Assembly (NCBI GenBank): GCA_032718475.1
Contig: JAUCBJ010002166.1
Coordinates: 1 to 37,746, forward strand
DNA: 37,746 bases
Direction of reading: 5' to 3'
Source of the DNA: Nemertoderma westbladi
Taxonomy: Eukaryota > Animalia > Xenacoelomorpha
Shown: positions 33,577 to 37,746 of the stretch, piece by piece
How positions within the stretch are numbered: the first letter of the stretch is position 1
Layout: each line of letters opens with the position of its first letter
The notes under the pieces: model-generated
The model's input: the letters and a program-made list of their open reading frames with translations, nothing else
The model's database searches: none
Told to the model about the DNA's origin: nothing
Made by a program: the position numbers and the translations under genes

Positions 33577-36090
33577 CAGGTCAGGTCAGGTATTCTAGGT
33601 CATTGATCAAGAAAACTTGCCACCTCCATGCAGCATAAAGGAGGTGCCACCTGTAGCTGCATAGACCCTCTTACTAGGGCAAATCTGGTCCTGTAACTAG
33701 GACCCCCTTCGTTCTGGAATAAGGACGCCCTTGGACCCAGTGGTCACAAGTCCCAGATAGACCATATTCTGTTTCGTAGGAAATACAGGAGCTCTATACA
33801 AGACTGTAATGCATTTACACTTCGACCCTTCTCCAGTGATCACCGCCTTATTGTGGCCAAGGTAAGACTTAGTCTGCGTGCTAGCAGAACAACGAAATCT
33901 GCCTTGCCACGGCATGACTGGTCCTAACCGCAGCCAAGTGTGAGATCCAGCTTCACACTACAGCTGAGCAACAGGTATGAGGCTCTTGCCTCTGAGGCGG
34001 CAGATCACTGTGAGGGCTATACTGCCTTTACAGAAGCAGTTAAGTTAGCAGCTGCAGAAACAGTTCCTGTATACCCTCGAAACAGGAAAAGGGCCCCCTG
34101 GACTGACAACAAAATTCAGAAGTGCCGAAATGACCTTCATAAGGCGCAGAAAGTGTCCCGACTCAAACAGACTACAGCGGCCAAGAATGCAGTTAAGGCT
34201 GCATCTAGGTCCCTGAACAGGCAGTACTCTGTTAATCTACAGGAGCTAATAAACCAACATGTTGATGCCATCAATGATGCTGACGACAGCAGGCAATCAT
34301 CCCAGGCATGGAAATCGATCAATCTGCTTACTGGGCGAAAAAGCCAACCAACCACCAAGGTTAAGGCTGAATCACCAGCCGATCGCCTCAATGGTTGGAA
34401 AGCCCACTTTGAAAAGCTCCTCAATAATGACAGGGTATTGCCTGATAACTTTATAGAAGTAAAAGTGTCTGAGTCTGTACTCCCAGATATTCCCATTGGC
34501 GATATCTCCTTTGCAGAAGTGAAGGCTGCTGCAAAGAGCATTAAGACCAATCGTGCCAGTGGAGTAGATGGTGTTCCCCCTGAGGTCTTTAAAATAGCTG
34601 AGTGTTTAAAGCTCATCTATCCCATCATAGTAGACATGTACCGTACAACAAGGGTCCCACAAGAAATGAAAACAAATAAGTTGGTGCCAGTTCCCAAGAA
34701 GGGCAACCTAACACTCTATGGTTCTTTTCGGGGAATCTCATTGATCTCGATTGCTGCAAAACTATACAATAGAATTCTATTAAATCGCATCAGGGATCCC
34801 ATTGAGAGACTGCTACGTGGAAATCAGAATGGGTTCCGTAAAGGTCGTGGGACCATGGAGCCCATTTTGGCACTTAGAAGGATAATTGAAGGGTTATCAA
34901 AAAAGAAAGACAGGCATCTGGCTGTTATCTTTGTTGACTTCTTCAAGGCCTTTGATTCAGTCTCTCGCTCACGTATGTTCAGCATACTTTCATTATATGG
35001 GATTCCTGATGAAATTATTGCAGCAATCAGATCAGTATACGATGGTTCGACAACATTTGTGTCTACTGTTGACGGTGACACAGAACCATTTGAAGTGTTA
35101 TGGGGCGTCCTCCAAGGAGACACACTTGCACCATTCTTGTTCATTATTGTGGTTGACTATGTTCTACGCATGTCCTTAGATCATCATAATGATGATGGGG
35201 TGATGATAACTTCACCTACTGGCTCCAGAAGTCGAGGAAATCCTGCCAAGTACCTAACTGATCTAGACTTTGCTGATGACTTAGGAGTACTCTCAGAATC
35301 ATTAGAGGGAGCCCAACGGCTCCTCAGCTCATTAGAACATGCTGCTTCTAGTGTTGGTCTTTTTATTAACTCCAGAAAGACCAAAATTCTGACAGTTAAC
35401 TTTGAAAGTCCTCAGCAAGTCTCTGATCGGATGAGCATAAGCTCAAAGGATGGTATGCTTGAGCATGTGGACGACTTCTGTTACCTGGGATCATGGATCC
35501 GGAAGTCAGGTGAGGACCTTCGAATACGTAAGGGAAAGGCATGGGCAGCCTTGAATAGGCTTTCCAGGATTTGGAAGTCACCTAGAATTAATCGGAAACT
35601 TAAGGTCCGATTATTTAGAGCAGCAGTAGTTCCAGTACTCCTCTACGGGAGTCCATGCTGGGCTCTAACTGCGGAGGACACCAAATCTCTGGATGGCACA
35701 TTCACAAGAATGCTACGCCGGGTACATTGTGTCAAGTACAATGCACACATCTCCAACCAGACACTATATAACATTGGAGGTGTCTCATTGGTTCCCCCAA
35801 GCTTGACACTAGAACAAAATCGCCTCCGCTTTGCAGGACATTGCTTTCGCCGTGAGGACCAGCCAGTGCATAATCTTGTACTTTGGCAGCCTCATGGAGT
35901 GAATAAGCATGGTGGACAGCCCATGACTTTCTTGAGACGCATCTTAAAGGACACTGGCCTTAAAGATGCGGATGATCTAGCAAATGTCATGGGTGATAGG
36001 GAGTTGTGGCGGTGCAATTTTGTTGACAAGCCGGCACAGCATTCTTAAAAATGCAGCTGCAATGCAGCATGCCGATCCTAGTAGTAGTAG
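33577..36090 (+). mobile_element. Young RTE-clade LINE insertion: 155-bp foreign/inverted 5' segment, partial endonuclease, intact RT, (TAG)n tail
   Basis: TSD GACACCATTGCC at 33565-33576 and 36090-36101. APE motifs SQIDHIL and SDH from 33732; in-frame TAA at 33925-33927 separates EN from RT. Confidence 0.93.
33940..36048 (+). CDS. RTE-clade reverse transcriptase ORF (702 aa from GTG, not the natural start)
   Basis: PVPKKG, RGISL, QNGFRKGR, FVDFFKAFDSV, GVLQGDTLAPFLF, LDFADD, FCYLGS, RLRFAGHCFR. Confidence 0.92.
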   Translation: MRSSFTLQLSNRYEALASEAADHCEGYTAFTEAVKLAAAETVPVYPRNRKRAPWTDNKIQKCRNDLHKAQKVSRLKQTTAAKNAVKAASRSLNRQYSVNLQELINQHVDAINDADDSRQSSQAWKSINLLTGRKSQPTTKVKAESPADRLNGWKAHFEKLLNNDRVLPDNFIEVKVSESVLPDIPIGDISFAEVKAAAKSIKTNRASGVDGVPPEVFKIAECLKLIYPIIVDMYRTTRVPQEMKTNKLVPVPKKGNLTLYGSFRGISLISIAAKLYNRILLNRIRDPIERLLRGNQNGFRKGRGTMEPILALRRIIEGLSKKKDRHLAVIFVDFFKAFDSVSRSRMFSILSLYGIPDEIIAAIRSVYDGSTTFVSTVDGDTEPFEVLWGVLQGDTLAPFLFIIVVDYVLRMSLDHHNDDGVMITSPTGSRSRGNPAKYLTDLDFADDLGVLSESLEGAQRLLSSLEHAASSVGLFINSRKTKILTVNFESPQQVSDRMSISSKDGMLEHVDDFCYLGSWIRKSGEDLRIRKGKAWAALNRLSRIWKSPRINRKLKVRLFRAAVVPVLLYGSPCWALTAEDTKSLDGTFTRMLRRVHCVKYNAHISNQTLYNIGGVSLVPPSLTLEQNRLRFAGHCFRREDQPVHNLVLWQPHGVNKHGGQPMTFLRRILKDTGLKDADDLANVMGDRELWRCNFVDKPAQHS

Positions 36091-36848
36091 ACACCATTGC
36101 CAATACTGAAAGTTCTAGAACATGTTGAACCCCACTTGACAAAACAACATTGACCATTATACATAAATAATAATGTACGCAAAAACAGTCCGAATTAAAA
36201 TCGGATTCTACATCAGATTTAGCAACCTTTAGCTTATTCAGAGCTAATGATACTAAGTGTGGCGTAATAATATCGCGTTCATTCCTACTATAATTATGTG
36301 ACACTTCATTAATTTTATATTCAATGGATGAAGTATCTGACTCATAACCCTGGTTAAATAAATTCGTATAAATCGAAGCAAAGTGATTCGCAATATCAAC
36401 ATTATCAGTAACCACATCTACATTAGAACTACAATGATTAGAATTAATACCACGCAATTTATTAATTATTGAAAATAAATTAGAACTGGGATCGTTAAGA
36501 CACGCATGTAACAATTTATATTTATTTATTGTATCCACCTGGCGTTGTAAACGCCGAACAGCATACTGGTACTGCGCTCTAGATGAACGCCGCATGTGGA
36601 ATAAGTTGCCTACCGAAGCATTCGGACGTCCGGCAGAGACCCAAACGCTATGCCAAAAAATGGCTCCTTCACGGAAAGGCCGAACGTGTTCGTTCCAGCC
36701 CGGTAATGTAAAATTTGCATTCGCATGGTCATTTGACCCACCGGCTTGCGGCAAAACTCCAGCGGCTTCATTTAATGCATTAACAATATCATCAATATTA
36801 GATATATGTAAGGGGTTTACATACAAAACATGGATCAGCATGCATTCT
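36091..36848 (-). mobile_element. Older non-LTR retrotransposon, upstream part (same element as 32279-33576), with internal deletion of early RT motifs
   Basis: PGWNEHV..AIFWHSVWVSAGRP..RAQYQYAVR, IANHFASIYTNLFN. Removing the RTE insert restores VKWGSTCSRTFSIGNGVRQG. Confidence 0.82.
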
Positions 36849-36850
36849 TA

Positions 36851-37746
36851 ACATTCCTGGGAAACTTTAATGTGAGTCTGCATCAATCACCTACATCACC
36901 CTGGGTCTATAGCAATAGTGTTAACCGAAATTCCGTCCATCTTCAGGATTTTATCTCTAGAAATGGATTGTTTTCGGCTGGAACCCAGTTCAAGAAGCGA
37001 ACTGGAAAGCTATGGATTCATAGTGGACCCAGTGCTCACAAGTCCCAGATAGACCATATTCTGTTTCGTAGGAAATGCAGGAGCTCTATACAAGAGTGTA
37101 ATGCATTTACACTTAGACCCTTCTCCAGTGATCACCGCCTTATTGTAGCCAAGGTAAGACTTAGTCTGCAAGCTAGCAGAACAACGAAATCTGCCTTGCC
37201 GCGGCAAGACTGGTCCCCTCTGTTGCAACAGCCAAGTGTGAGATCCAGCTTCACACTACAGCTGAGCAACAGGTATGAGGTCCATGCCTCTGAGGCGGCC
37301 GATCACTGTGAGGGCTATACTGCGTTCACAGAAGGAGTTAAGTTAGCAGCTGCAGAAACAGTTCCTGTATACCCTCGAAACAGGAAAAGGGCCCCATGGA
37401 CTGACAATATTATGTGCCGAAATGACCTCTATAAGGCGCAGAAAGAGTCCCGACTCAAACAGATTACAGCGGCCAAGAATGCAGTTAAGGCTGCATCTAG
37501 GTCCCTGAACAGGCAGTACTCTGTTAATCTACAGGAGCTAATAAACCAACAGGTTGATGCCATCAATGATGCTGACGACAGCAGGCAATCATCCCAGGCA
37601 AGGAAATCGATCAACTTGCTTACTGGGCGGAAAAGCCAGTCAACGACCAAGGTTAAGGCTGAATCACCAGCCGATCGCCTCAATGGTTGGAAGGCCCACT
37701 TTGAAAAGCTCCTCAATAATGACAGGGTATTACCTGATAACTTTAT
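36851..37746 (+). mobile_element. Third RTE copy, 5'-truncated within the endonuclease, running off the window
   Basis: Open frame FLGNFN..SQIDHIL..SDH..DRVLPDNF, closely similar to 33732-34454 but ~170 bp longer upstream and lacking the 33925 stop. Confidence 0.93.

Noticed and set aside
33598-33625. Hammerhead or twister ribozyme at the RTE 5' end
   Set aside because: No CUGANGA/GAAA core with proper stems and no twister consensus.

Overview
AT-rich metazoan (invertebrate-type) genomic DNA. Genes: a four-exon SPATA7 orthologue on the - strand (924-9269), reconstructed by hand because the ORF track shows only part of one exon, with ~5.9 kb of 30-bp satellite in its last intron; an unrecognised single-exon 296-aa ORF; intronless eIF3e and CFAP53; a NIM1-type kinase cut off just before the catalytic loop; and an intronless Emx-class homeobox gene. 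Transposons: three copies of a young RTE-clade LINE (two in or abutting an older antiparallel LINE), a Helentron/DINE-like element carrying a tRNA-like module, a TTAA-flanked element and several large palindromic MITEs. Two signals are not explained by these features. (1) TA-x-TA motifs (TACAGTA, TAGGCCTA, TACCGGTA) are strongly enriched and often chained through a shared TA, resembling accumulated transposon-excision footprints. (2) A 155-bp structured, apparently inverted segment inside the target-site duplication of the near-intact RTE can be drawn with HDV-ribozyme-like topology, although catalytic residues are missing. All homology calls come from recalled family motifs, not database searches.
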